Shown here: piece after piece, positions 18,081-28,640 of the stretch | Layout: every line of letters starts with the position of its first letter | Position numbering within the stretch: position 1 is the first letter of the stretch | Origin: Candidatus Latescibacterota bacterium | GTDB taxonomy: Bacteria; Latescibacterota; UBA2968; UBA8231 | DNA length: 64,000 bases | Assembly (NCBI GenBank): GCA_965248265.1 | Contig: CBDFJF010000001.1 | Coordinates: forward strand, 896,001 to 960,000 | Direction: 5' to 3' | Made by a program: the position numbers and the translations under genes | The notes under the pieces: generated by a model | Seen by the model: only the letters and a program-made list of their open reading frames with translations | The model's database searches: none | What the model was told of the DNA's origin: nothing

Positions 18081-20039
18081 TCAGCCCATAGCCCAGGGAA
18101 ACGCGTAGCTGGGAGCGTTCACGAAGCGCCGCATCTGGGCATCAATCCTCACGGCGGTGGAAGGCGGAAGCTCCACGACGAAGTGCTTCCCATCTGCCGG
18201 CAGCACCCGGTCGATCCGAGTGACGTTGTCGTCACGGGTCCAGGTGTGGGGGGTATCCTCCGGACCCTCACGCGTCTCTTCCTGGAATGCGACCTCAGTG
18301 AACCGGTGCTCACCGAACACCCCGGCCTGCACAATCACCTTGCGAGTGTCCTTGAGACTGGTGTTGACGAGCTGTATGCCTGCGCGGTCGGCGCCAAGCT
18401 CGTCGACGAGAGTGCCAACGTCCGGCGGCAAGCCTGGGCGTGCGCGATCCTGGTCGAAGTACCGCACCTGCCCGCGCACGAGGCCTCCCCTATAGATGTT
18501 TGCGGGCATCCCCAGAGCTACCATTGTCAGTGCATTCTTGAACACCGGGTTTGGCGGCCAACGGTTGTCGCGGATTATCTCTTCCATGTTCCTGGAATCC
18601 CGCCGCATCGATTCCAGGTACGCGAGCACACTCTGGTACTCCGCTTCCAGTACCATCAAGGGCCAGCCGGGATTCTTGCCGTCGTAGTACTGAAAGCGGG
18701 CGTACTCGGACTCCTCGCCACCTCTGCCTTGCTGACCTCCCGTATGGTTCCAGTCGTGGGAGGTGCTGGCATCCCTCACCCTGGCGATCAGCTCGTAGTC
18801 CTCGGGGGCCATCGACGCATGGTAGAGGTGAGTCAGGGTCTGAAACTCCCTGATGCTCATGGGCTTCCAGTCTTCCCAGCCATTCGGCCCGTGGCGGTGA
18901 GGCACGTGAAACTCTCCGTCGCGCTCGACGGCGTTCTCCATCAGGAGCTCAATCTGTGAACGAGGAAGCTCCAGATAGTCGAAGTCACCGCTGAGGAGCA
19001 CCGCGTTTTCCGCGGCGACGGCAAGCGGGCTCAACAGTAGATGCAGGTCCGGCATCCAGCGGTCTCGCATGTTCCAGCCCCACGGACCTCCCCACCACCG
19101 ACCCTGGCGCAGCTCCCCGATTATTCCGGCAGGCCCTACGTTGTCCGGTACGATGCCGTTGTTGCGCCGCATCCGGTCTATCCATGCTTCGACATACTCA
19201 AGGACCCACCGCCGGTACTTATCTTCTCCCGTATAGAGGTACGCGGTTGTGACGAGGGATGTAGTAGCCAGATTCAGGGGTACATCCCCGTTCAGCACCA
19301 TCTGGTCGAACAGTCCCAGGATCTCGTCGCGCCGCTGGGGGGTATCGAACCAGTCAGGCTCCAGGCTCTCGATGACCGGATCGAGGCTGGTCCAGCGTTC
19401 GAGACACGGGCGCACGAATTCCACTGCCGTCCCCTTGCCCCGCTTCTGCTCAGCATGGAAGACGGGGCCCTGACTGCTGGTAAAGGGCGAGCGGATGATC
19501 TTATGCCGGGGGTCGTAGTTGGGAGCATCCGGATCCTCACCGGTGAACATCTCGGCGAATCGCCTCGCACGCCGTACATTCTCCACGATGGTCGGATCAG
19601 CCAGCCCGAACTCGTAGAAGTCCTGATTGCCTTCGCCCTGATGGAAACCGTCATTGGGCGTCGCCTGGTTGTAGTACTCGTTATGGACCTGCGCCCAGTA
19701 ATGGGGATGGACCGGATCGTCCTTTCGGCGCAATGTGCCGTCGTCGTAGTAGCGTGTGACCCCATTCCACTGCCGCAGCGCCATCTGAAGCAGTCTGTCG
19801 TCACCACCCATGGCGTAGAGGATCGGTTTCATCGACAGACTCTCGTATGTGTCGTCTAGATCGAAAACGGTGCAGGGCGTCCCATCTTTGTGCCAGTACC
19901 TTCTATCAGCCCAATCGGCTCCCTCCTCCATGGCCGTCATGAGGCGACGCTCCATGATCGCCCACGCCGGAGGAGTCGTTATCCGGGACGCCTTTATCTC
20001 GATCAGTCCGGGGATGGTTGTCGGGTCTGTCTCCGCCAT
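18081..20039 (-). CDS. Conserved uncharacterised ~650-aa protein (paralog 1)
   Basis: Long ORF with GGAGG RBS; shared motifs with the neighbour (FH/HHxGEGN, ENVRRxRRFA, GIxPDNVGP, WWGG). Confidence 0.8.
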   Translation of the reverse strand: MAETDPTTIPGLIEIKASRITTPPAWAIMERRLMTAMEEGADWADRRYWHKDGTPCTVFDLDDTYESLSMKPILYAMGGDDRLLQMALRQWNGVTRYYDDGTLRRKDDPVHPHYWAQVHNEYYNQATPNDGFHQGEGNQDFYEFGLADPTIVENVRRARRFAEMFTGEDPDAPNYDPRHKIIRSPFTSSQGPVFHAEQKRGKGTAVEFVRPCLERWTSLDPVIESLEPDWFDTPQRRDEILGLFDQMVLNGDVPLNLATTSLVTTAYLYTGEDKYRRWVLEYVEAWIDRMRRNNGIVPDNVGPAGIIGELRQGRWWGGPWGWNMRDRWMPDLHLLLSPLAVAAENAVLLSGDFDYLELPRSQIELLMENAVERDGEFHVPHRHGPNGWEDWKPMSIREFQTLTHLYHASMAPEDYELIARVRDASTSHDWNHTGGQQGRGGEESEYARFQYYDGKNPGWPLMVLEAEYQSVLAYLESMRRDSRNMEEIIRDNRWPPNPVFKNALTMVALGMPANIYRGGLVRGQVRYFDQDRARPGLPPDVGTLVDELGADRAGIQLVNTSLKDTRKVIVQAGVFGEHRFTEVAFQEETREGPEDTPHTWTRDDNVTRIDRVLPADGKHFVVELPPSTAVRIDAQMRRFVNAPSYAFPWAMG

Positions 20040-20092
20040 GTGGAAACCTCCTGTCGTGTTCTGTGTGGCCAGTCGACGAAACGGGCAAACTC

Positions 20093-22108
20093 CTACGATT
20101 GGAATGGTACGGGTATCCTGTCACCGTGCCACGGAAAGGCGTAACCGGGGTCGTTGACGAAGCGCTTCATGCCCATGTCGAGGCGAATTGAGGACGAAGG
20201 CCCGAGCGTTACGGCGACGTGTTTGCCATCGACTGGCACCTCCGTCAGCGATTCGCCATCGCGGTACCAGATCGTCGTGAATGCGTGCTCGCCGAAGGCA
20301 CCTGCCTGGACGATGAGGCTGCGGGACTCGCTGGCGCTCATGTTGACGAGCTGCACCCCAGCGCGGTCAGCCTGCAGGTCGTCGACGAGGGCCGCCACGC
20401 TCGGCGGCAGTCCGGTCCGCTGTCGCTCTCGATCGAAGTAGCGCACCGTCGCCCGCAGCAGGCCGCCGCAATAGACGGTCTGGGGCGCCCCCATCGTGAC
20501 CTGCGTCAGACCATTCGTGTAAACGCCGTTGGGTATCGCCGCGTTGTCGAGTATCAGGGTTTCGGGGTCGCGGGATTCGTTTCTCAGAGCTTCGAGATCG
20601 CGCAGGGCGAGTGCGTAGTCGGCACGCAGCGCCCTTTCGGGCCAGTCGGGCAATCTGCCATCGTAATAGCTGAAGCGGCCGGTTTCCGGCACGTCGCCAT
20701 CCGTGATATAGTTGATGAGCTCGTAGTCGTCCTTCGACATCGACATGTGATAGAGATGGACCGGCTCCAGCATCCGCATGGGCTTGGGAGGACCCGTGGT
20801 ACCGTGATCCCAACCGTCGGGGGTGTAGCGCGTTGGCACGATGAGCTGGCCATCTTCGTCGCGTCGGAATCCCTGGTCGACGACGACCTTGATCTGCGAC
20901 CGTAACAGATCGACGTAGCTGTCGTCCCCGGTCAGAAGCTGCGCGCATTCGGCAGCGATGGTCGCTCCGTGGAAGATCACTTTGTAGCCCAGGTAATAGT
21001 TCCATCCATACAGGCCACCCCACCACTGACCCTCACGGTGCTCACCGATCTTGCCCGTGGGCCCGACATTGTCGGGAATGATGCCGTCGTTCTGCTCGAT
21101 GCGATCCATCCAACCACCGACGTACTCGATCACCCATTCCTTGAACTTGGGATCGCCGGTGTAGAGGTAGGCGTTGGTCACGAGGGCGGCGGCAGCCAGG
21201 CTGTTGGCCACGTCACCGTCGAGGATGATGTGATTGAACAGCCGCAGGATTTCCTGGCGCCGGTTCCACCTCTCGAACCAGTTGGGCTCCAGGTTCTGGA
21301 CGACCGGATACAGACTGCAACGCAGGCCCCTCGGCACTGGTTGGTCCGGGTACCAGCCTACCTTCCAGCGCCGGCCACCGCCTTGGAGCCACGCCTTGGC
21401 GAAATCGACACTGGCATGCTTGTAGGGCCCGACGCTGGTCTGAATGGGCGAACGGAAAATCCTGTACTTGCGGTCGTAGTTGTCGGCCTCGGGATCCTCG
21501 CCCATGAACATGGCCGCGAAGCGCCGCGACCGCCGGACGTTTTCCGAGATCGTCGGCTCGGCCACGCCGAAGTCATAGAACTGTCGATTGCCCTCACCCA
21601 TGTGGTGCCAGTCGGCACCACCGGGCGTGGCGAGATTGTAGTACTCGTTGTGTACCTGTTGTGCGAAATCGCGCAGGTCGACGTGCCAGTACTGGCCGTG
21701 TTTGCGGCGGCTGACGATGGAGTCGTCGCCCCAGCGCGTCGTCGCGTTCCACGTTCGCAGCGAGTATTCGAGCAGCTTGTCGCCACCGCCGATGGCGTAG
21801 AACAGCCCCCAGTTGTAGAACCGCTCATACTGATCGTCGAGATCGTCGGCAAAGAACAGGGTTCCGCTGCGTTCGGTGTGCTTCTCTATCACCAGGTCGG
21901 CCGCCTCGTTCATCAAATCGATGAGCTGCCGCTGCAGCAAAGCCCATCCCGGGGGTGCCGAGATTTGAGTGGCCTCGATGGAAGGAATAGCCAAGGTGAA
22001 TCCCTTTGCCTGTACAGGCATCCTGTTGAAAGGACGCCAACCCTGTTGCCCTAGTATAGATCGAATGACGTGTTGTCGATAGTTTGGATCGGAGTTGGCT
22101 CGGCGCAC
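20093..22108 (-). CDS. Conserved uncharacterised ~650-aa protein (paralog 2; true start probably near 22021)
   Basis: Collinear similarity to 18081..20039 from PPGWALLQR to YAFPW. Confidence 0.8.
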   Translation of the reverse strand: MRRANSDPNYRQHVIRSILGQQGWRPFNRMPVQAKGFTLAIPSIEATQISAPPGWALLQRQLIDLMNEAADLVIEKHTERSGTLFFADDLDDQYERFYNWGLFYAIGGGDKLLEYSLRTWNATTRWGDDSIVSRRKHGQYWHVDLRDFAQQVHNEYYNLATPGGADWHHMGEGNRQFYDFGVAEPTISENVRRSRRFAAMFMGEDPEADNYDRKYRIFRSPIQTSVGPYKHASVDFAKAWLQGGGRRWKVGWYPDQPVPRGLRCSLYPVVQNLEPNWFERWNRRQEILRLFNHIILDGDVANSLAAAALVTNAYLYTGDPKFKEWVIEYVGGWMDRIEQNDGIIPDNVGPTGKIGEHREGQWWGGLYGWNYYLGYKVIFHGATIAAECAQLLTGDDSYVDLLRSQIKVVVDQGFRRDEDGQLIVPTRYTPDGWDHGTTGPPKPMRMLEPVHLYHMSMSKDDYELINYITDGDVPETGRFSYYDGRLPDWPERALRADYALALRDLEALRNESRDPETLILDNAAIPNGVYTNGLTQVTMGAPQTVYCGGLLRATVRYFDRERQRTGLPPSVAALVDDLQADRAGVQLVNMSASESRSLIVQAGAFGEHAFTTIWYRDGESLTEVPVDGKHVAVTLGPSSSIRLDMGMKRFVNDPGYAFPWHGDRIPVPFQS

Positions 22109-22377
22109 CGCCCATGAATCTCAACCAAGCAATGTGGCGTTGGCATTCATCGCCAAGGCTTCATCGAGGTTGTCTGAAGGGCGTGTATCCGGGGCTGGGA
22201 GTTGTGTGAATACAGTTCTCTTCATATACAACCTTTCGGGAGCTGAGTGCTGAAGGCCCAACCTGCTGCGCAGGTTCGCAAATGGCTGAATCTGTATGCG
22301 TAAGTGCAGATTTCCCCTTTACCTGGCTGGGCGGTGCCCGAACAGGGTTTGCCCGACCCGTCTAAGCAACTGAAAAA

Positions 22378-23811
22378 ATGTCCAATACTCTGATTCCACG
22401 AAGCCAGGCCTCCGCCACGAATGCGGCCACGGTACTTTTGGCAGAGCGCGAAGGACGCGCCCTACGCTGGACAGCAATTGCGAGGATCGCCGGCCTTACG
22501 TTGGCGATCGTGGTCGCCGTGCCTGTAATGGACAGCGTCGATGAAGTGATTGCCACGTTGGTCCTATGCGCTATCGTCCTCTGTGCCCAAGTCGCCATTT
22601 TGCGGTCGGTGCGCAACCGGCCGGGCGGGGTCTCGATTGGTCTGCTGGGCGTCATCACCGATGCTTTGTTCTTGTGCGCGCTACCCGTGATCTGGCACCT
22701 GGTCTACACCACGGAAGACAGGCCCCTCGTTCATCTGTCGCGACACAATCTCACGGCAGTGTGCCTGACAGTTATCGCGCTGAACGGGCTGACCCTGCGA
22801 CCCTTGTATCCTGCGCTGCTCACGGCCCTCGGAGTGGTCCTGCACGCCACTCTGGCTTGGTTGGCCCTCAGCGATCCACGCCTCGATCAATTTGATGGGG
22901 GACTTCAGCGTGCGATCGGTGTCGGTTTCAGTGACCTGGACCTGATGTTCGTGGCACCGTTCTTCGTGGGGCTTGCAGGCGTCTTCGTGACGCTTGCAGC
23001 GCGTGCAGCGCGTGCAACGGTTCGGGAAGCGGTTGCTCGCGAACATTCGGAGCATCAGCTACGTGAACAGCAACTGCAAGTAGTTATGCGTACAAAAATG
23101 GAGGCCGTTGGAGACTTGGTCGCTGGCGTTCAACACGAGGTGAACAGCCCTCTAGGCGCATTGCACAGCGCTGCTGATACGGCGGAGAAGGCCTTGGGTC
23201 GCTTACGCTCTGCACTCACGGCTGAGGACGCCGGCACGGGGAACCCGGAACAACGTGCACTCGCCGCAGCCGAGGGTTCCCTGGCGCTTATCGTACAGGC
23301 AAGTCAGCGCCTTTCGAAGGTGATGGCAACGATCCGGAATTTCGCCCAGCTCGACCGCGCTGTGCAGCAGCTCATGGATCTCGGCGAGATCTTGCGAACG
23401 GCACTCGATATTCAACGACCTTCATTGCGCGCTGACACAGAGGTCGTAGTCGATGTCGCAGATGGGGTTATGGTCGAGGGCGACCCGCGACGAATCGCGG
23501 AGGCGCTCTCGACGGTGCTGCGCAACGCCGCAGAGTCCCTCGACGGCCCTGGTGCGCTCACGGTTCGATTGCGGAGTGAAGATGGCAGGGCGTGCATCGA
23601 GATCCAGGACAGCGGACGGGGCATGTCACCCGAGTTGGTCGAGCAGCTTTTTGAAATCGATTTTGCACAAAGAGAGCGCACGCAGACACGGTTTGGTCTG
23701 CCGCTGTGTCACAGCATTCTTGTGGAGCACGGTGGGGACATTGAAGTGGCAAGCGAGCTCGGGCGGGGCACAACGGTCACGATGCAATTGCCACTAATGA
23801 GCCTGTCATGA
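22378..23811 (+). CDS. Membrane-bound histidine kinase
   Basis: Multiple hydrophobic helices, H-box AGVQHEVNSP, DSGRG, FGLPL. Confidence 0.85.
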   Translation: MSNTLIPRSQASATNAATVLLAEREGRALRWTAIARIAGLTLAIVVAVPVMDSVDEVIATLVLCAIVLCAQVAILRSVRNRPGGVSIGLLGVITDALFLCALPVIWHLVYTTEDRPLVHLSRHNLTAVCLTVIALNGLTLRPLYPALLTALGVVLHATLAWLALSDPRLDQFDGGLQRAIGVGFSDLDLMFVAPFFVGLAGVFVTLAARAARATVREAVAREHSEHQLREQQLQVVMRTKMEAVGDLVAGVQHEVNSPLGALHSAADTAEKALGRLRSALTAEDAGTGNPEQRALAAAEGSLALIVQASQRLSKVMATIRNFAQLDRAVQQLMDLGEILRTALDIQRPSLRADTEVVVDVADGVMVEGDPRRIAEALSTVLRNAAESLDGPGALTVRLRSEDGRACIEIQDSGRGMSPELVEQLFEIDFAQRERTQTRFGLPLCHSILVEHGGDIEVASELGRGTTVTMQLPLMSLS

Positions 23812-23954
23812 TGGCCCATGCTTAGCATTGGGGTGTTGATCTTCAGCCTCACCGGCAAATGGTATGTGATGCCGCGGTAGAGATCTCCAGAATGAGCTGA
23901 GAGATACCACATTTGCGCGATTCGATCACTGGGTTATGTGACTGAGAGGCACTC

Positions 23955-24407
23955 GTGGAATATAAAGGCAAACCGTATCCGCCAATCTATTTTGCCGTCT
24001 CGCTTGCTCTGATGGTCACGTTGCACTATCTCGCTCCAATCCATCAACTGCTTCCAATGCCTTTCAAATATGCCGGGGTACCGCTTGTACTTGGCGGCAT
24101 TTGCATTGCTGCGGTCGCGGCTAGGGCATTTACGAGGGTTGGAACACCCGTAGTTCCTTTTGAGAAATCAACCGTAGTTGTAACAAATGGGTTGTTCCGG
24201 TTTAGCCGCAATCCAATGTATCTGGGTATGATCATGGCACTTCTTGGCGTAGCAATGCTTCTTGGTAGTGCGGCTGCGTTCGGTCCAATTCCTATTTTCG
24301 CGTGGCTAGTCTACCACCAATTCATTCACCCTGAGGAACAGTTTCTAGAGGAGCTTTTTGGCGAGGAATATTCGGCGTATAAGCGTAAAGTACGGCGATG
24401 GGTATGA
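23955..24407 (+). CDS. Isoprenylcysteine carboxylmethyltransferase-family membrane protein (gene cassette)
   Basis: GLFRFSRNPMYLG, EEQFLEELFGEEYSAYKRKVRRWV; visibly more AT-rich than flanks. Confidence 0.9.
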   Translation: MEYKGKPYPPIYFAVSLALMVTLHYLAPIHQLLPMPFKYAGVPLVLGGICIAAVAARAFTRVGTPVVPFEKSTVVVTNGLFRFSRNPMYLGMIMALLGVAMLLGSAAAFGPIPIFAWLVYHQFIHPEEQFLEELFGEEYSAYKRKVRRWV

Positions 24408-24414
24408 GTTATGC

Positions 24415-24492
24415 CGCTAACCCGGGCATCGAGCGGATAGGCTGCTGTGAATGCCAACGCCGCGGCCGCACCACTCATGCCCGTCGTTAGTC
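24415..24492 (+). mobile_element. Integron attC recombination site
   Basis: CGCTAAC-C-CGGGCAT-C-GAGCGG ... CCACTC-ATGCCCG-TC-GTTAGTC: paired R and L arms with an extrahelical C, 7 bp after the stop; GTTATGT core at 23933 upstream of the gene. Confidence 0.75.
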
Positions 24493-24513
24493 TAAAAGAC
24501 AGGTCGTCCGGCT

Positions 24514-25050
24514 ATCATCGGTGCCGGCGGAGGTATCGGGACCTTCGCTGTGCAGATCGCCAAGGCGTTCGGCGCGGAAGTCACCGGGGTCTGCAGCACA
24601 TCGAAGACGGACTTGGTCCGCTCGATCGGCGCTGACCATGCCATTGACTACTCTCGGGAGGACTTCGCCAACGGGCTGCAGCACTACGACATCATCCTGG
24701 ACACTGCGGGCAATCGCTCGCTTTCACACCTTAGACGCGCCCTCACCTCCCATGGGATTCTCGTGATCATCGGAGGAGAAGGGGGCGGACGATGGTTTGG
24801 AGTGGGCCGCCAACTACGGGCACTCATGTTGTCACCGTTTGTGAGCCAGAAACTCTGCTCGCCGGTCTCTCTGGAACGTTCCAGGCAGGATCTACAGTTC
24901 TTGAAGGAACTCGTCGAAGCCGGGAAGGTCACGCCAGTCATTGACAAGACCTTCACACTGGGCGAGGTCGCCGAGGCTATCCGGTATTGGGAAGAAGGTC
25001 ACGCTCGAGGAAAAATCGTCATCAACGTGTTAGGTGCGGGTCCCAGGTGA
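24514..25050 (+). pseudogene. 5'-truncated NAD(P)-dependent (zinc-type) alcohol dehydrogenase / quinone oxidoreductase
   Basis: Begins at Rossmann motif IIGAGGGIGTFAVQIAKAFGAEV; in-frame TAA at 24493; N-terminal GroES-like domain absent. Confidence 0.8.
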
Positions 25051-25158
25051 CCGGCGAGATCAGCCGAAGGTTGCGACCCTGCGCTGATGACCCTCAGTCC
25101 CTATGTCTGATGGGCGGCAACGTGCGATCTTCTGAAAAGATCCATCGAGACTGATGAT

Positions 25159-26136
25159 TTGAATCTCACGTTACCCCACACCCCGTCCTCTCTAACCCAG
25201 TGGAATGCCCTCCACGGACAACCGCTACAGTTTTGGCAGCCCCTTCTTCGAGCCATAAGCGAACAGCACCAGCTGCCCACACTTGGTTATGAGCGTGTGG
25301 GAATGGGCCGCAATGTTGTTTTTTCTTTGGCAGGGAAATGGGCTGTGAAAGTGGTACCTCCACAGTGGTTGGCTGAAGCCAAGAGGGAAATGTCTGCGTT
25401 GAATTTCGTTGCTGGCCGGATACGCCTCTCGACTCCCGACCTCGTATACCAGGGGGAGCTGCACGGATGGTACTATCTCGTAACACGGTGGCTTGCGGGC
25501 CACGAGCTTTATAAGCTGTGGCCAGTTCTCAAGTCGGACCAGAAGATGCACGTCGCCTACCAGATGGGAGAAGCGGCGGGTGTTTTCCACTCTCTTCGCT
25601 TGACCGAAAATCCAAGGAATCTTGAAGTCCATTGGAGTGATTGGCTCGCAGACCAAAGAAGGGATTCAGTCGAGAGCTTGCAGCGTTCTGGATTGTCAGC
25701 CCAGTTGGTGGAAGACCTGCCACGTTTCCTCGAGGCCGTAGGTCCCCTGCCAGTCCCGGATTTACCGAATGTTTTTCTTCACGGAGATCTAAACATTGTC
25801 AATATGCTGGTAGCGGAAGACGGTAACCACTGGAAAGTCACCGGAATCTGTGATTTTGGTGATGCAAAGATTGGCCAAGCTGCCCATGATTTCATTTCTC
25901 CTGCGATTCATGTTTTCCTAGGGGACGCAACACAACTCAAGGCCTTCTACGAGGGATATGGGCTCACTAAAGCGGAGATGACCCGAGAATTTGAGAGCCA
26001 TCTGATGGCGCGTACGATACTCTGGTATGGTGGGGAGTATCTGAACAAACGGTTGGACCAGGTTCCTCAGACCGGACCACGGGACACCTGGGAGCAGGTG
26101 GCGTACCAGTATTGGCACATGTCTGAGGCCGCATGA
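25159..26136 (+). CDS. Aminoglycoside phosphotransferase (APH)/choline kinase-like protein
   Basis: FLHGDLNIVNML (Brenner motif) and GICDFGDA. Confidence 0.85.
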   Translation: MNLTLPHTPSSLTQWNALHGQPLQFWQPLLRAISEQHQLPTLGYERVGMGRNVVFSLAGKWAVKVVPPQWLAEAKREMSALNFVAGRIRLSTPDLVYQGELHGWYYLVTRWLAGHELYKLWPVLKSDQKMHVAYQMGEAAGVFHSLRLTENPRNLEVHWSDWLADQRRDSVESLQRSGLSAQLVEDLPRFLEAVGPLPVPDLPNVFLHGDLNIVNMLVAEDGNHWKVTGICDFGDAKIGQAAHDFISPAIHVFLGDATQLKAFYEGYGLTKAEMTREFESHLMARTILWYGGEYLNKRLDQVPQTGPRDTWEQVAYQYWHMSEAA

Positions 26137-26350
26137 GGGACCTGAAATAAGGACAATGGAGTCGTCTGACTGCGCAGCTGCCGGTCTCTTGGTGTGCGCA
26201 TCCTACGAGTGGGCATCCAGACAGAGCGGCCTTGCCGCTGGAGTTTGTAGACCGACTGGCCGAGCGCATTGCAGCCGGTATCCGGTGCTCTGAGCTGCGG
26301 ACTGAAGGCGGCGGATGCACGTCGAGAGCAAGGGTCACGCCCGAGGCTGG

Positions 26351-27157
26351 TTACGGCGCGGCAACCGTTTCATCTGAGGCCCACACCGGCAGCGGCCGTC
26401 CCTGAAAAGTCCGCAGCCTTTCGAGATCCGCAAGGGGCGGTCGCTGAAACATGCCCAACCGGCTCACCGGCGGCAGGCCGGCGGCCTTCAACGTCGCCAT
26501 CGTCTCCGCCATCTTGAACCCCGGCAGCATGCCGTCGACGATGGGCGCGGGCTGATCCTCCGGAGCCTCCCGAGCCGCCTTCGAGAGCACGGATCCCGCC
26601 AGCGTACACCCGGCGATGAGAACTTCGGCGCCGTCCTCTTCGACGCAGCGACGGGCGACGTCCAGGACCTGCGCGCGGATCTCCTCCTCAGAGCTCCTGT
26701 GGAGATAGAGATCGGACGCGTCGATGCCGAAGCTTCGCACGGACATGAGACCCCGCGCCAGCTGGTACTGCTCGAGCAGCATCTTCTGGATCTGGCCATT
26801 CTGATCGTCGACGCTCAAGAGCGAAAAGCGCCGGCCCATCATATGGGCGGTCAGGGCGGCGGACTCCAGTGTGGCAGTCACGGGAATATCGCACAGCTGC
26901 CGGCACTCATAGAGCCCGATATCGAGGTTGCAGGAGATGAACACCGCATCGTATCCCTCGCGCTCGGCCTCGACGGCCCGATCGATCGTCGGTCCCGTGC
27001 ACGAGTGCTTGAAGTAGAGCCACTGGTTGTTGTCGAGTGGGTAGTCGGCGCCGATATCGACGACGTCGAATTCGGTCCCCGGCGACGCTATGGCCGTCAG
27101 GTTACCACGCCCGAAGTGCTCAGTTCCCGAGAACGGATTGATCACGCAGATACGCAT
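26351..27157 (-). CDS. Asp/Glu/hydantoin racemase family protein
   Basis: MRICVINP, DAVFISCNLDIG, LIAGCT (two catalytic Cys). Confidence 0.88.
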   Translation of the reverse strand: MRICVINPFSGTEHFGRGNLTAIASPGTEFDVVDIGADYPLDNNQWLYFKHSCTGPTIDRAVEAEREGYDAVFISCNLDIGLYECRQLCDIPVTATLESAALTAHMMGRRFSLLSVDDQNGQIQKMLLEQYQLARGLMSVRSFGIDASDLYLHRSSEEEIRAQVLDVARRCVEEDGAEVLIAGCTLAGSVLSKAAREAPEDQPAPIVDGMLPGFKMAETMATLKAAGLPPVSRLGMFQRPPLADLERLRTFQGRPLPVWASDETVAAP

Positions 27158-27416
27158 GGCATGTGCTCCTGATGTCGCCGCGACGAGCGAGCGCTGCGCC
27201 GTGAGTTGCAAACGTCCCGTGCGTGTGAGAATATAGCCCGAGTTCGATTTCGCGGCCTGTCTCCCAGTCCGACAGGCTAGATGCGCAATGCCAGCCCCCA
27301 CCGGACAGGCCGGTCATGGCCACGCGGGTGCGATCAGCGTTCCGGTGCGCTGTGATCCGACCCCCTGACGCAGCGGCATTGACCTACCTGATCCGCTTGA
27401 GATGCCTGTAGCGTTC

Positions 27417-28175
27417 TTATCCGACAAGGGCGTTGCGGAGGGAATCGATCTCGGCCTGGCTCAGACCGATATGCAGCGCATAGCCCTCGACGCCGCAGTG
27501 GCGCTCATCCAGGTCCCGGAGCACGCCGAGCATCACGTCGGGATGGCAGGTGTCCCGCTGGAAGTCCTGCCAGGTGTAGCTGGCAGCATCGATCTCCGGA
27601 TGGGCCTCGAGGTAGCGGGGCAGGTTGAAACGAGCTGTGAGGGCGTAATCCTGGGCGATGGTCTCTGTCGGTACCCCGGCGATCCCGAGAGCGAGAGCGG
27701 TGATGAGACCTGTCCTGTCGGCACCGCCCGCGCAGTGGATGAGCGCGGGAAGCGCGTCCGGGGCAGCCAGCGTGCACAGTGTGTCGCGCACTTCAGACAT
27801 TCGCTTGTCGAGCACGACCGAGTATCCCCAGCGCTTCCTTTCGACTTCCTCGAGCCCCCGGGGAAGGTTCTGCCGTTCGCGCATCGGCATATCGCCGGCC
27901 ATGTTTTGATGGTAGTAGGTCACCTTGTCCGAACCGAAGAAGACATTGCGTTCGTCCTGTATCTCCACACTCCTTCTCAGGTCGATGATTGTCCGGACGC
28001 CGTAATCCAGGAGATCCTGCTGGCCTTTGGCCGACAGTCGATGCAGGGAATCGGAGCGCAGGAATTGGCCCCAGCGCGTCTGTCGCCCGTCCCGGGTGGC
28101 GTATCCACCGATGTCGCGCGTGTTGAAGGTATCTTCGAGCCGCAGATGCCGTCTCGGGTCCAGTTCGGCAGTCAT
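27417..28175 (-). CDS. Tyrosine-protein phosphatase (PtpB/IphP type)
   Basis: NTRDIGGY, IIDLR, P-loop HCAGGADRTG, DYALT. Confidence 0.9.
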   Translation of the reverse strand: MTAELDPRRHLRLEDTFNTRDIGGYATRDGRQTRWGQFLRSDSLHRLSAKGQQDLLDYGVRTIIDLRRSVEIQDERNVFFGSDKVTYYHQNMAGDMPMRERQNLPRGLEEVERKRWGYSVVLDKRMSEVRDTLCTLAAPDALPALIHCAGGADRTGLITALALGIAGVPTETIAQDYALTARFNLPRYLEAHPEIDAASYTWQDFQRDTCHPDVMLGVLRDLDERHCGVEGYALHIGLSQAEIDSLRNALVG

Positions 28176-28640
28176 ATCAACTTCACGGGTTGTCACTCCT
28201 GGACCGACCTTGTGGATCAACCAAGATCCGACCTGGACGCGAGATTGCGAGTCTTTTCCGTAGGCAGGATTTGCGTCGCCTGAGATTTCGACCTACGGGA
28301 TTCCCCACTCCACAGCACATGCCAGTGATCCTTAACGACTCGAGGGCAGATACGTCCAAATGATACACCATTTGCGCCCTGAGCACCCGCGGGTTTCAGG
28401 CACTAGAGCAGATTGGTCTTGTCGATCGAGCCCTATCCTAGGAAATGCCGCCGAAAACTGGCGGCACTTTGAGACCACGAACACTGGTAGCCGTTTATCC
28501 TACTTGTTCCAGCCGTAGATTTTCGCCAACGCTTGCCGCGCTCACAACCACCGTCTCTCCGCTTTGACGGAGGCCGCCAGCGTTCACGGTCCAAGCCAGC
28601 CTCGACCTCGTCTTCCACCATTCCTCCTATGCCCAACTCG

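Noticed and set aside
25159-26136. Aminoglycoside resistance gene
   Set aside because: Kinase-fold motifs only; substrate cannot be inferred
28390-28640. Possible degraded IS fragment (CTAGAGCAGATT end, short ORFs)
   Set aside because: No transposase motif or partner inverted repeat could be identified
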